From the NCBI GenBank assembly GCA_021801765.1, contig JAJYXO010000005.1, forward strand, positions 1 through 38,797: 38,797 nt of DNA, written 5' to 3'. This DNA is from Candidatus Micrarchaeota archaeon. GTDB taxonomy: Archaea > Micrarchaeota > Micrarchaeia > Micrarchaeales > CABMGC01. The translations under genes and the position numbers were made by a program. Below, piece by piece: positions 1 through 7,960 of the stretch (positions are counted from its first letter, which is position 1; each line of letters opens with the position of its first letter). The notes beneath the pieces are model-generated. The model was not told the origin of the DNA. It saw nothing but the letters and a program-made list of their open reading frames with translations, and made no database searches.

Positions 1-53
1 GAAGATTTCATAACAACATGTCCTCTGCCGAAATTGTCGTCGCAAATTCAGTT

Positions 54-128
54 TGCTCCCATCGGGATTTGAACCCGAGTTTCGAGAGTGAGAGTCTCGC
101 GTCCTTGACCGGGCTAGACAATGGGAGC
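54..128 (-). tRNA. tRNA-Glu (anticodon CUC), 75 nt, CCA not encoded
   Basis: The reverse complement folds by hand into a cloverleaf. Acceptor GCTCCCA/TGGGAGC, D stem GTCT/GGAC, anticodon stem CGAGA/TCTCG with loop CTCTCAC (CTC at 34-36), T arm TCGGG-TTCAAAT-CCCGA, discriminator A. Confidence 0.9.
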
Positions 129-162
129 CAGAAAGGATTTATTACTTCATTAATAAAGTATT

Positions 163-1383
163 ATGGTTATTATGCTTTGCGATAAATACGCACCGACCAC
201 CCTGAATGGCATTGTGGGCAACAAGGCGGCAATAGATAAGATATCGGAGTTTGGCCTAAAAGTTCAGGGAGGAGAGAGAACAAAGCCCCTGATAATCTAC
301 GGGCCTACCGGAGTGGGTAAGACTGCTGCAGCATATGCCCTCTCGTACAGCTACAGCTTCGAGATAATAGAGCTCAGCGCAAGCGATTACAGGAATGCAG
401 AAAGATTGAAGAAGATAGTTATACCTGCGACCAGGAACAGGGGGCTATTCAATAGTAAAGTACTGATACTCTTCGACGAAATAGATGACCTATCTAAAAA
501 ATTTGATTCAGGCGCAGAGGCTGCCATAATGGATATAATAAAGAATTCTAGGCAGCCTATAATCTTCACTGCTGCTGATTACTGGGACAGGAGCATAAGC
601 TTCATGAGAGGCAGCGCCGACCCAGTTGAATTCAAGAAAGTAGGACAGGCAGAGGTAATTGCGCTTCTTGAGAAGATAGTGAAGCAGGAAGGAATCAGCC
701 TTGAGAGGAAGGTGATCGAGCTTATAGCCAGGAGGTGCAACGGGGATGTAAGGGGAGCTATAAATGATCTTGAGGCTATGGCAGGCTCAGAGCCTGAGCT
801 GATAGAAAGACTTGGTGTAAGAGATGCAAAGATAGAGGTCTTCGGTGTGCTTGATAAAATCTTCTCCTGCAACGATTTTGACCTTTCCAGAAATGCGCTG
901 ATGAGGAGCGACCTTGACCTTGAGATGATAGTCAACTGGATGGAAGAGAACATAACAAAGAGGTATAGGAGAAAGGAGGAGATAAGCTCTGCATATGAGC
1001 AAGTGGCCAACGCAACCAGGTTCCTTAACAAGGCATCCAGGACTAACTATTATGGCTATCTAAGATATGTGCAAGTCTTCCTCTCCGCTGGCATCTCCCT
1101 ATCCAATATGGGCGGCCTTACAATGCTTAGCAGGTACTCGTTCCCGTCTACAATAAGATATCTCAGCAGCACCAAATCCGACAGGGCGGCGGCATCTGAG
1201 ATCGCATCGAAGCTCTCCGCGCAACTTCACACGAATAAGAAGAGGATTGTGAGCGAATATATCCCTATAATAAAGGCTATGCTCAAGAAGGAGGCAGCAG
1301 AGGTAGGAAATGAAAGGGCCATAGAAGAGGCCGAAGCTGCATTTGGGCTCTATGAAAAGGAAGCTGAATCACTCCTTAGCTGA
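163..1383 (+). CDS. rfcL: Replication factor C large subunit (AAA+ clamp loader)
   Basis: Walker A GPTGVGKT and Walker B LILFDEIDD. The 406 aa length and the helical C-terminal half fit the archaeal RFC large subunit. The small subunit is separate, at 32507..33478. Confidence 0.85.
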   Translation: MVIMLCDKYAPTTLNGIVGNKAAIDKISEFGLKVQGGERTKPLIIYGPTGVGKTAAAYALSYSYSFEIIELSASDYRNAERLKKIVIPATRNRGLFNSKVLILFDEIDDLSKKFDSGAEAAIMDIIKNSRQPIIFTAADYWDRSISFMRGSADPVEFKKVGQAEVIALLEKIVKQEGISLERKVIELIARRCNGDVRGAINDLEAMAGSEPELIERLGVRDAKIEVFGVLDKIFSCNDFDLSRNALMRSDLDLEMIVNWMEENITKRYRRKEEISSAYEQVANATRFLNKASRTNYYGYLRYVQVFLSAGISLSNMGGLTMLSRYSFPSTIRYLSSTKSDRAAASEIASKLSAQLHTNKKRIVSEYIPIIKAMLKKEAAEVGNERAIEEAEAAFGLYEKEAESLLS

Positions 1384-1413
1384 TCGCAGTTTGCCAAATG
1401 ATGAAAAGAAGCG

Positions 1414-1779
1414 TCAATCCTGCTGCGTCTTCACTCCTGTGAAGGATTCAACCATCTTCTCGTAGCGCTCCAAAGACTTAACTATCTCCTTAAGCTTCGG
1501 GTTTATATTATATCCAAGGTCGTATCCTCTTTCAGTCCTTATGTGAGTCGGCTGCAATATGTTCAGATTCATGGAAAGGTTCCTAAGCGTCAGAATCAGC
1601 GTTTTTCGCGTGAAACTCTTTCCAAGCATTGTGTACAGCTCCCGCGTTGTGCGTGGGGATTTTACCATAAGCAGCTTAAGAACAGCATAGTTAGGTTTGC
1701 TCAGAAGTTTCCTTATCATCCATATACCGTCTTCCTCTTTTTGCCTTGCCACGTTCGCACCCATTATTACTGTATACAA
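1414..1779 (-). CDS. Small winged-helix-like DNA-binding protein (tentative)
   Basis: 121 aa. The segment PRTTRELYTMLGKSFTRKTLILTLRNL reads like the HTH plus wing of a MarR/ArsR-type fold. It is divergent from the pilus locus. Assignment is by pattern only. Confidence 0.45.
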   Translation of the reverse strand: MYTVIMGANVARQKEEDGIWMIRKLLSKPNYAVLKLLMVKSPRTTRELYTMLGKSFTRKTLILTLRNLSMNLNILQPTHIRTERGYDLGYNINPKLKEIVKSLERYEKMVESFTGVKTQQD

Positions 1780-1847
1780 ACGAGGGCAAATCTTATAAAT
1801 GTATATTTAAGGCAACGTTCCTGCATTCGCGGAACTGAACTGCTGGA

Positions 1848-1890
1848 AAGATATAAAAACCCTTTGTTATATTATAATATATATTATTTA
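1848..1890 (+). promoter_or_regulatory. AT-rich TATA-like region upstream of the pilus ATPase gene
   Basis: aaagatataaaaac and ttatattataatatatatt lie 23-65 nt upstream of the ATG at 1913, in a 133-nt divergent intergenic region. Confidence 0.3.
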
Positions 1891-1912
1891 CTTAAGTAAA
1901 TAAATTGATACT

Positions 1913-3364
1913 ATGATAAACATAAAAGGAGCCTTTGTCCCTTTCCTGGGAGCAGTTATAAGAGGAGAAAAGCCTCAGCAGAGGGGAAGCGCGCTCAGTT
2001 TTACCCTCTCAGGCGCATGGGCCGGAGAGATAGTAGAAGAGAGAGGCGGCAGAATCAGCAGGCGCATCAGCAAGTCCAGAGGCGAATACTTTTACATCCT
2101 TGGAGAGGAACTCTCCGCCGCGGATAAAAAGCTTGCTGAGATGGCCAAGGCTGATCTAATCGATTTCGCATCTGCGGCCCCCGAAGAGATTGGCCTTGAA
2201 ACGGCATTCAACTATTCTTATGGGAAGCTTGCCGGCAATGCCAAAGCGGAGATGCTAGCCTATCTGATCTCTCACGATACAGTCGGGAACGGGCCGTTGG
2301 GCATCCTTCTGGAGGATAAAGCAGTGATAGAAGAGATAGAAGTGAGCACACCTACCGGGCCAATATCCGTCTACACCTCCAATTACGGCAGATGCCGCAC
2401 AAACATATCCTTTACAGGAGAAGAGGCTTTTAGGCACACAATCAACAAATTCATATACGAACAAGACAAAGAGCTTAACGACGCCAGCCCTGTAATCGAT
2501 GTCCAGGTCAACGAGGCAAGAGTCCATGCACAAGTTAAGCCATACGCATCTAGCGGCGCAGCCGCATCGATAAGGATAGGAGGAGGAAAGGAAATAGGGA
2601 TAAAAGCAATGCTCAGCGGCAGATCCCTCGATGCGAATATCCTTGCGTATCTGTCGATGGCTGTGGAAGCAAGAATGAATATGGTTGTTGCAGGTGCTCC
2701 GGCAAGCGGTAAAACCACGCTTCTCTCCCTCATAGGATCTTTCATATCAAAGCAAAGCAAACTTGTGGTGATAGAAGAAGATATCAACGAATTGAGATTT
2801 GAAGAGCCAGTGATGAATGTCACTTCCCTATATGGATCTAGGTTCGGGAACGTAAACCCGTCCGAACAGGTAATAAATGCCCTGAGGTTAAGGCCTGATA
2901 GGATAATAATCGGCGAGATACGTGGCAGAGAAGCCAGTGAATTGTTCTCTGGAGCTAACCTCGGAATCCCATTTATAACCACGATGCATAGCAACGAAGA
3001 GAATTTAGCAATAATAAAGAGGCTCATTTCAAAGCCTATGTCGGTGGAGGCAAGATCAATGAGCATGTTAGACCTTGCAGTCTACATGCGGCAGTCGGGG
3101 GTGCGTAGCAGAATAGTCTCCAGCATAAAAGAATACCTATGGTTCAGCAGAGCTGAAACCGAGGCAGGGATGGATCTTGGAGAAGGGGAATCCGTGGAAG
3201 AGAAAACAGTAGCCAAGGATGGGGTAATGCCTCCAGAATGCATAGGTGACTCTAAGGTAATCACATGCTATGCGAAGTTTGCTGCGATAACTTATAAGTC
3301 TGCATTGAGGGAACTCAGGAGGAGGGCTGCAGAGTATGGAAAATACACATTGCCTGAGGGATAA
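1913..3364 (+). CDS. Type II/IV secretion-family ATPase (archaeal PilB/FlaI-like pilus assembly ATPase)
   Basis: Walker A GAPASGKTT, Asp box VVIEEDINEL, Walker B RIIIGEIRGREA and His box TTMHSN give the full VirB11/GspE/FlaI signature. Confidence 0.9.
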   Translation: MINIKGAFVPFLGAVIRGEKPQQRGSALSFTLSGAWAGEIVEERGGRISRRISKSRGEYFYILGEELSAADKKLAEMAKADLIDFASAAPEEIGLETAFNYSYGKLAGNAKAEMLAYLISHDTVGNGPLGILLEDKAVIEEIEVSTPTGPISVYTSNYGRCRTNISFTGEEAFRHTINKFIYEQDKELNDASPVIDVQVNEARVHAQVKPYASSGAAASIRIGGGKEIGIKAMLSGRSLDANILAYLSMAVEARMNMVVAGAPASGKTTLLSLIGSFISKQSKLVVIEEDINELRFEEPVMNVTSLYGSRFGNVNPSEQVINALRLRPDRIIIGEIRGREASELFSGANLGIPFITTMHSNEENLAIIKRLISKPMSVEARSMSMLDLAVYMRQSGVRSRIVSSIKEYLWFSRAETEAGMDLGEGESVEEKTVAKDGVMPPECIGDSKVITCYAKFAAITYKSALRELRRRAAEYGKYTLPEG

Positions 3365-3366
3365 AC

Positions 3367-4047
3367 ATGGTGCTAAAAACTGTAACAGAAGCGGCATGGA
3401 TTTTTATATTTGCAGCAGCTATCTGCTCTGCACTCTTCTATGCAGATGGAGGCTCAGCTTCAATCTATCTCCTCCTTCCCGCATCGATAATCTTTGTAGC
3501 AACAGTCCACGGCCTTATGCAACACTTCCGTATCTTATATTCAAAGCATGCACGAGAGGAGGAGCTCGCCAAAGCCCTCAGGCTATTCATGTACTGCACT
3601 TCGCGCGGCATGCCTACAATAAAAGCCATTGAAAAAATACAATCTGAAGCTAGCTACAGTGCCACAGTCTCCTTGCTGCGCAGGGCATCTAAAAGAATGA
3701 AAATGGGCGAAGGTCTAGGCGAAGCGATAGAGCGCGCAGGCTTTTCCTGCCAGGATTTTTTGGTCAAAGCCCTGAAAGCAAAGCCACTTGCGGAGGCGCT
3801 AGAGGAGCATGAAAGGAGAAGAAAGGAGAGATTATTGCATATTAAAGAATCTTCCGGAATGAGAGCCACAATGAGCATGTTTGTATCTACTATAATGCCA
3901 TCGTTTATTATCTTCGCATATGTGGGTGGCAATGTTGCCTACAGCGAGAGAACAGGGATTCTGCCATTCTCACTAGGCATCTGCCTGATGCTTCCTGCAA
4001 TATACGCCATATGCGCTTCAATGCTGCGAAGGGGATTATTTGAATAA
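3367..4047 (+). CDS. Half-size pilus platform protein (T2SSF/TadB-TadC/FlaJ-like), copy 1
   Basis: 226 aa with N-terminal TM helices, a helical soluble core of about 120 aa (EELAKALRLF...RGMPTIKAIEKI...MGEGLGEAIERAG) matching the T2SSF pattern, and C-terminal TM helices. It starts 2 nt after the ATPase stop. Confidence 0.6.
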   Translation: MVLKTVTEAAWIFIFAAAICSALFYADGGSASIYLLLPASIIFVATVHGLMQHFRILYSKHAREEELAKALRLFMYCTSRGMPTIKAIEKIQSEASYSATVSLLRRASKRMKMGEGLGEAIERAGFSCQDFLVKALKAKPLAEALEEHERRRKERLLHIKESSGMRATMSMFVSTIMPSFIIFAYVGGNVAYSERTGILPFSLGICLMLPAIYAICASMLRRGLFE

Positions 4048-4771
4048 AATCATTATGGCATTTATCGTCGTGTGTGAATTGCTTATCCTTCTTGCGGTAA
4101 TCTACGGGATACCCTATGCTGCTGTAGCAGCATTGGCGCTTGGCTCAATGCACTTTTTCTTTTTTAAGACATATAATCAAAGGAAGGCAGAGATTGGGGC
4201 CGCGCTGGATAGCATTATAGCAGATTACACCAAAGGACGCTCTGCGGTCAGAGCAGCGCTGCACTCTACAATTCCTGAGCTCCGCGAAGTTGCAAGGACC
4301 TATATGCTTGGCGATTTTCTCTGCGAAGAAGAGGCAAAGCAGCATAGCCACATCGATGAGCTGAAGAATATGCTATCCTACGGCATTGTTTCCGGAAGGG
4401 ATATATGCGAGAGCCTGAAGATGATGAAAGGCAGGCTGGAATACGAGGCCGGAGTGCTAAGCGCAATCAAGGAGCATGCAGGCAGCATGGAGCTCCTCGC
4501 TTATGTTGGAGTAGTCTTTTTTGTGCCCTTGTTCGGTGGAATAAGCGCGAGCATAATGGGCAGCCTCACTACGATGGGCGGGGGAGGAGTCCAAGCCGGG
4601 GGGTTTACGCTGATAATCCTTATATACGTCACCTTTATTCTTTGCATAACATCCTCTCTTGCGAAACCTGAAGCAGGAATGCTGGAAAAGGCCTACGCCA
4701 TAGCTCCTGCGCTTCTGATATCATCTTCAATACTTTTCAGCCTGCCTCCATTCATGAATGGCATTTTATAG
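4040..4771 (+). CDS. Half-size pilus platform protein (T2SSF-like), copy 2
   Basis: 243 aa with the same architecture: N-terminal TM, helical core (GRSAVRAALHSTIPELREVA...SGRDICESLKMMKGRLE), C-terminal TM helices. It overlaps copy 1 by 8 nt. Confidence 0.55.
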   Translation: MNKIIMAFIVVCELLILLAVIYGIPYAAVAALALGSMHFFFFKTYNQRKAEIGAALDSIIADYTKGRSAVRAALHSTIPELREVARTYMLGDFLCEEEAKQHSHIDELKNMLSYGIVSGRDICESLKMMKGRLEYEAGVLSAIKEHAGSMELLAYVGVVFFVPLFGGISASIMGSLTTMGGGGVQAGGFTLIILIYVTFILCITSSLAKPEAGMLEKAYAIAPALLISSSILFSLPPFMNGIL

Positions 4772-4780
4772 GTGTAAAAA

Positions 4781-5053
4781 ATGGAAATGGAAAAACTCTT
4801 ATGGAAAATGTACAGTATGCTGCCTGCAGAGGCAAAGGCATTCCTTGCTCTGGCAAAAAGCAAAAAGGCCCAGGGGTCTCTGGAGTATATAATGATGGTG
4901 GCAGCTGCAAGCATAGTGATAGTTGTAGCGCTTGCCATGGTAGTGAAACTGAAAGGAGCCGTTATAAGCCATGTTTCTATAAACGGCACAAACGACAGCA
5001 TCTCCCAGGCCATATCCGGCGAGCTTGGGTCTCTCTCAAACACAATAGGGTGA
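4781..5053 (+). CDS. Pilin-like protein with class III (type IV pilin-like) signal peptide
   Basis: KKA-QGSLEYIMMVAAASIVIVVALAMVV has basic residues, then Q-x-S-x-E, then a hydrophobic helix. The leader is unusually long, so the true start may be an internal Met (codon 10 or 13). Confidence 0.7.
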   Translation: MEMEKLLWKMYSMLPAEAKAFLALAKSKKAQGSLEYIMMVAAASIVIVVALAMVVKLKGAVISHVSINGTNDSISQAISGELGSLSNTIG

Positions 5054-5445
5054 GTCGAATAAGACTGAAAGGCCAAATGTCATTAGAGTTCCTGCTCTAT
5101 TCTGCAGTCGCAGGCATAGCAATCGCGCTGTCTATCTATATGCTTGCCAGAACCGGAGGGGAGCTTTCAAGGGCCGTAGGAGCCTATATGGTTGGCAGGT
5201 TCTTCTCAGAGGCAAGCGCCGCTGCAGAATCCAGCGGTCAGTTTTACGCGTACCTCCCGCCTGGAATATGCAACTCCACAATCAATGGAAGCGAAGTAAG
5301 CACTGCATATGGGGATTTCTACATTCCTGGCAGGATTGAAATAAACAACAGATCTTTATGCCCTGACAAGATGTTCGCTTCGTTTGAAATAACATATAAC
5401 GATGCATCTGGCTCTGAAGAGGTGGTAAGACGCTTGTCCAGGTAA
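5050..5445 (+). CDS. Pilin-like protein with class III signal peptide (GTG start proposed)
   Basis: Only the 3' part of track ORF 4801..5445 looks real. A GTG at 5050, overlapping the previous TGA as GTGA, gives MSRIRLKG-QMSLEFLLYSAVAGIAIALSIYML. The alternative ATG at 5077 would leave no charged leader. Confidence 0.65.
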   Translation: MSRIRLKGQMSLEFLLYSAVAGIAIALSIYMLARTGGELSRAVGAYMVGRFFSEASAAAESSGQFYAYLPPGICNSTINGSEVSTAYGDFYIPGRIEINNRSLCPDKMFASFEITYNDASGSEEVVRRLSR

Positions 5446-5456
5446 GCGCAGAGGTA

Positions 5457-5627
5457 ATGGTAAGCATGGCTGTCTCATTATTGCTCGCTCTTGCATGCTC
5501 TATCCTCATAGCGCACATGTATCTGCTTGGCAGCTCCAGCTTGAATAGGATGCAATCCCTATATTCCAACTCGTATCTTTACTTCAAAGAGATGCTCGGC
5601 GCATGCAGCTGCCTCGAAGGCGTTTAA
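5457..5627 (+). CDS. Small hydrophobic-N-terminus protein (56 aa), possible minor pilin-like subunit
   Basis: Not in the track because it is under 60 aa. The ATG at 5457 is preceded by gaggt. The product is MVSMAVSLLLALACSILIAHMYLLGSS..., and its TAA ends at 5627, directly abutting the next start at 5628. Confidence 0.45.
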   Translation: MVSMAVSLLLALACSILIAHMYLLGSSSLNRMQSLYSNSYLYFKEMLGACSCLEGV

Positions 5628-5960
5628 TTGATGATCTCTGTTGATATGATAATCGCAGTGCCGCTGGTTGCCATAGCAATAACCTTAATCGCAGGAAGCT
5701 ATTATAGCGTACAGGCTTATACTGTCTCTGCTGCAGGATACGATGCGCATATAGAGGCAGCTTACGCTGCTTCCCAGGCAATAGAAACTGCGCTTTTATC
5801 AGCAGGCTATCCTTCGGAAATGGAAGCAACCGAGATCGCAAAGCCTTACGGCCTGCAGGCGCAGCTGCTGCCATTTTCCTACAATTTTTCTTGTGGATAC
5901 ATGGAAGCATGCCGTACTGCAACCATAGGGGGTAAGGAATATATACTGGCGGTGAAATGA
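5628..5960 (+). CDS. Pilin-like/membrane-anchored protein (N-terminal hydrophobic helix, no clear Q-x-S-x-E)
   Basis: MMISVDMIIAVPLVAIAITLIAG... Start is TTG at 5628 or ATG at 5631. It is translationally coupled on both sides, with an ATGA overlap with the next gene. Confidence 0.55.
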   Translation: MMISVDMIIAVPLVAIAITLIAGSYYSVQAYTVSAAGYDAHIEAAYAASQAIETALLSAGYPSEMEATEIAKPYGLQAQLLPFSYNFSCGYMEACRTATIGGKEYILAVK

Positions 5961-7246
5961 AGATAAAAACCCAGTCAAGCTTGGAGTTCTTGCTGATACT
6001 ATCTGCCATATCTGCATTAAGCCTTGCCGCGCTATCAATCTATGGGAAAGAAGTTGCTTATGGCAAGGATGCTGCATCCCTTATATTCAATGGAATAAAC
6101 TCTTCGCAAATCAACTATTCCACTACCTACCCTGACAACCCTGGAGTATCCATATATGTGCCAATAAATTCAAGCGCATACATGAAGAACAGAATGCAGA
6201 TAATTGCATATGGATGTGAAAGCGGATCTGCATCAGCGCACCTGAGCTCTACATCTATGGTATTTTCCGAAAATGCAATATCTGCAAAAGTCAATGGCAT
6301 CAGCATAATTGGGGATTACTTTGAGCCATTGTCAGTAGGAAACGGAGAGTTGAATGTTTCATACGCAATAAATTGCACAAACAAGAATCTCACCGGATCA
6401 GAGTCTTTTTCCACATATTCACGCGCCAACTCTACTTCCGAATCTGCCCCATTGTCATTTTATATGACGGATAGAAACGAATCTGAGCGCTACCCTATGG
6501 AAACTGGGGCTCTTTTATCCGCAAGCCAATTCAACCACTGCACCTATGTGAATTTCTTCGGGAACCCCTATGGGGTTGGACCTCAATGCGGCACCCCTGA
6601 TGCATGGGACTTTCGCGCATCAACGCAGCACTGCTATCAGGTTTATGTCTATACGATCACATATTGCGTAGTGCCAGAAGATTCAGGGTATAATCTCAGT
6701 TCTGTGGAGATTGGCAATGCCACTTATATCTACTATTTCACCATGCACATCAACTCTGGATATGGGGATCTGCTCTCGAGCATTTCCAGCAGCTCAAGGA
6801 ACTCTGAAGTCACTCTAAACGGCAGCAATGTGGGAAATGCCTCGGTATCCGATGTCTTTTCACAAATGCAACCTCTCTACACTGAGTTCATATCAAAAGA
6901 CACCTCCTACGCAAGCATAAACAGCTCTGCATACGAAATGTATTCTGAGGATAAAAATGGCCTATATTCTGAGCTTGGCTTCTACAATTCCACGCAGGTC
7001 TCATACGATACGGTTTCGCAGGAGGATGCTGCAGTCTCAGCATACCTGGCTTCAGTTCGCAGCTTGATAGGAAGCAATGGAAGCGTAGGCGCGGGTTGCG
7101 CCATATATAATGATACATACACATGCAAACCCAACCTGCCTTTTGAGTATGTAATAAACGTGACATTAAGCAAGGGCCTCGGGATTGGCAACGAGACCCT
7201 CTCTTACGAAGGCTCAATAGTCAACATAAAGGAGGCGAGCAATTGA
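5957..7246 (+). CDS. Large pilin-like protein with class III signal peptide and a sequon-rich extracellular domain (candidate adhesin or tip subunit)
   Basis: The N-terminus is MKIKT-QSSLEFLLILSAISALSLAALSIY. My manual count finds about 18 N-x-S/T sequons in 429 aa, plus several Cys residues. Confidence 0.75.
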   Translation: MKIKTQSSLEFLLILSAISALSLAALSIYGKEVAYGKDAASLIFNGINSSQINYSTTYPDNPGVSIYVPINSSAYMKNRMQIIAYGCESGSASAHLSSTSMVFSENAISAKVNGISIIGDYFEPLSVGNGELNVSYAINCTNKNLTGSESFSTYSRANSTSESAPLSFYMTDRNESERYPMETGALLSASQFNHCTYVNFFGNPYGVGPQCGTPDAWDFRASTQHCYQVYVYTITYCVVPEDSGYNLSSVEIGNATYIYYFTMHINSGYGDLLSSISSSSRNSEVTLNGSNVGNASVSDVFSQMQPLYTEFISKDTSYASINSSAYEMYSEDKNGLYSELGFYNSTQVSYDTVSQEDAAVSAYLASVRSLIGSNGSVGAGCAIYNDTYTCKPNLPFEYVINVTLSKGLGIGNETLSYEGSIVNIKEASN

Positions 7247-7608
7247 AGGCCCAATTTGCTATTTTAGAGGCAATGGTAGCACTTGCAGTTGCCATCTCTG
7301 TAACAATCTTCTGCATAAATGCAATAAGCAGCGAAGGCAGGTCATCTGCAATCTCTGAAACCCAGCTTCGCTTATCAGCAGCAGAGTATGATTTTATAAG
7401 AGGGATCTACGGCAATGAGAGCATGGGCACATGCATAAAATCTTACCTCTCTGGCAATACTGGCTGCATGATCAAATATAAAATGTATTATAAGAGAGTC
7501 TATGGCCTTGGCAGTTTCCGCATTATCGGAGAAAATGGCTCTGGAAACGGGGAGATTCGCTGCTTTCCATATACTAATTATACCGAAATATGCATACTTG
7601 CTGGGTGA
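7243..7608 (+). CDS. Pilin-like protein with class III-like signal peptide
   Basis: A TTG start at 7243 has ggagg 8 nt upstream and overlaps the previous TGA. The N-terminus is MKA-QFAILEAMVALAVAISVTIF. Confidence 0.65.
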   Translation: MKAQFAILEAMVALAVAISVTIFCINAISSEGRSSAISETQLRLSAAEYDFIRGIYGNESMGTCIKSYLSGNTGCMIKYKMYYKRVYGLGSFRIIGENGSGNGEIRCFPYTNYTEICILAG

Positions 7609-7900
7609 TATTATCGCTCTTTATGGAATTGCGCTTATCTTTATATCCCTTGCAGCTGCAATCTCTGTATCTTTTGTGACCCACGAAGCCTACTACCTGC
7701 GCGGGATAAGGCAGGAAGAGTATGGGGAAGCATCAGCAATGTTTGTAAGTTCATTTGCAACTGCATCTTCAGCACAGGGAATCAGCGCCGGCTACGCAGC
7801 ATTTGTTGCTTCTTACGACAGGCTCAACCTGAGCGAAGGGCTGCAGGGATATGAAATCTATGACCCTGCCAGCGGAACATTTGTGATAGGCAGGAGATGA
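7598..7900 (+). CDS. Small protein with N-terminal hydrophobic helix (start uncertain)
   Basis: The track ORF 7502..7900 overlaps the previous gene by 107 nt. A TTG at 7598 would give LLGDIIALYGIALIFISLAAAISVSFV... with only an 11-nt overlap. Starts at ATG 7502 or 7535 cannot be excluded. Confidence 0.45.
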   Translation: MLGDIIALYGIALIFISLAAAISVSFVTHEAYYLRGIRQEEYGEASAMFVSSFATASSAQGISAGYAAFVASYDRLNLSEGLQGYEIYDPASGTFVIGRR

Positions 7901-7960
7901 TGCAAATAGGCAGGTTATTAAATTTTCAGGCATTAAAATAATAAGATTACCTGTGAGCAT

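Noticed and set aside
2383-3066. 227-aa ORF antisense to the pilus ATPase gene
   Set aside because: It lies fully inside a motif-rich CDS on the other strand. Its product is Ser/Leu/Ile-rich low-complexity sequence typical of a shadow ORF.
4801-5049. N-terminal 83 codons of track ORF 4801..5445
   Set aside because: It overlaps the pilin ORF 4781..5053 in another frame and reads as Cys/Gly/Lys/His-rich noise. The real gene most likely begins at GTG 5050.
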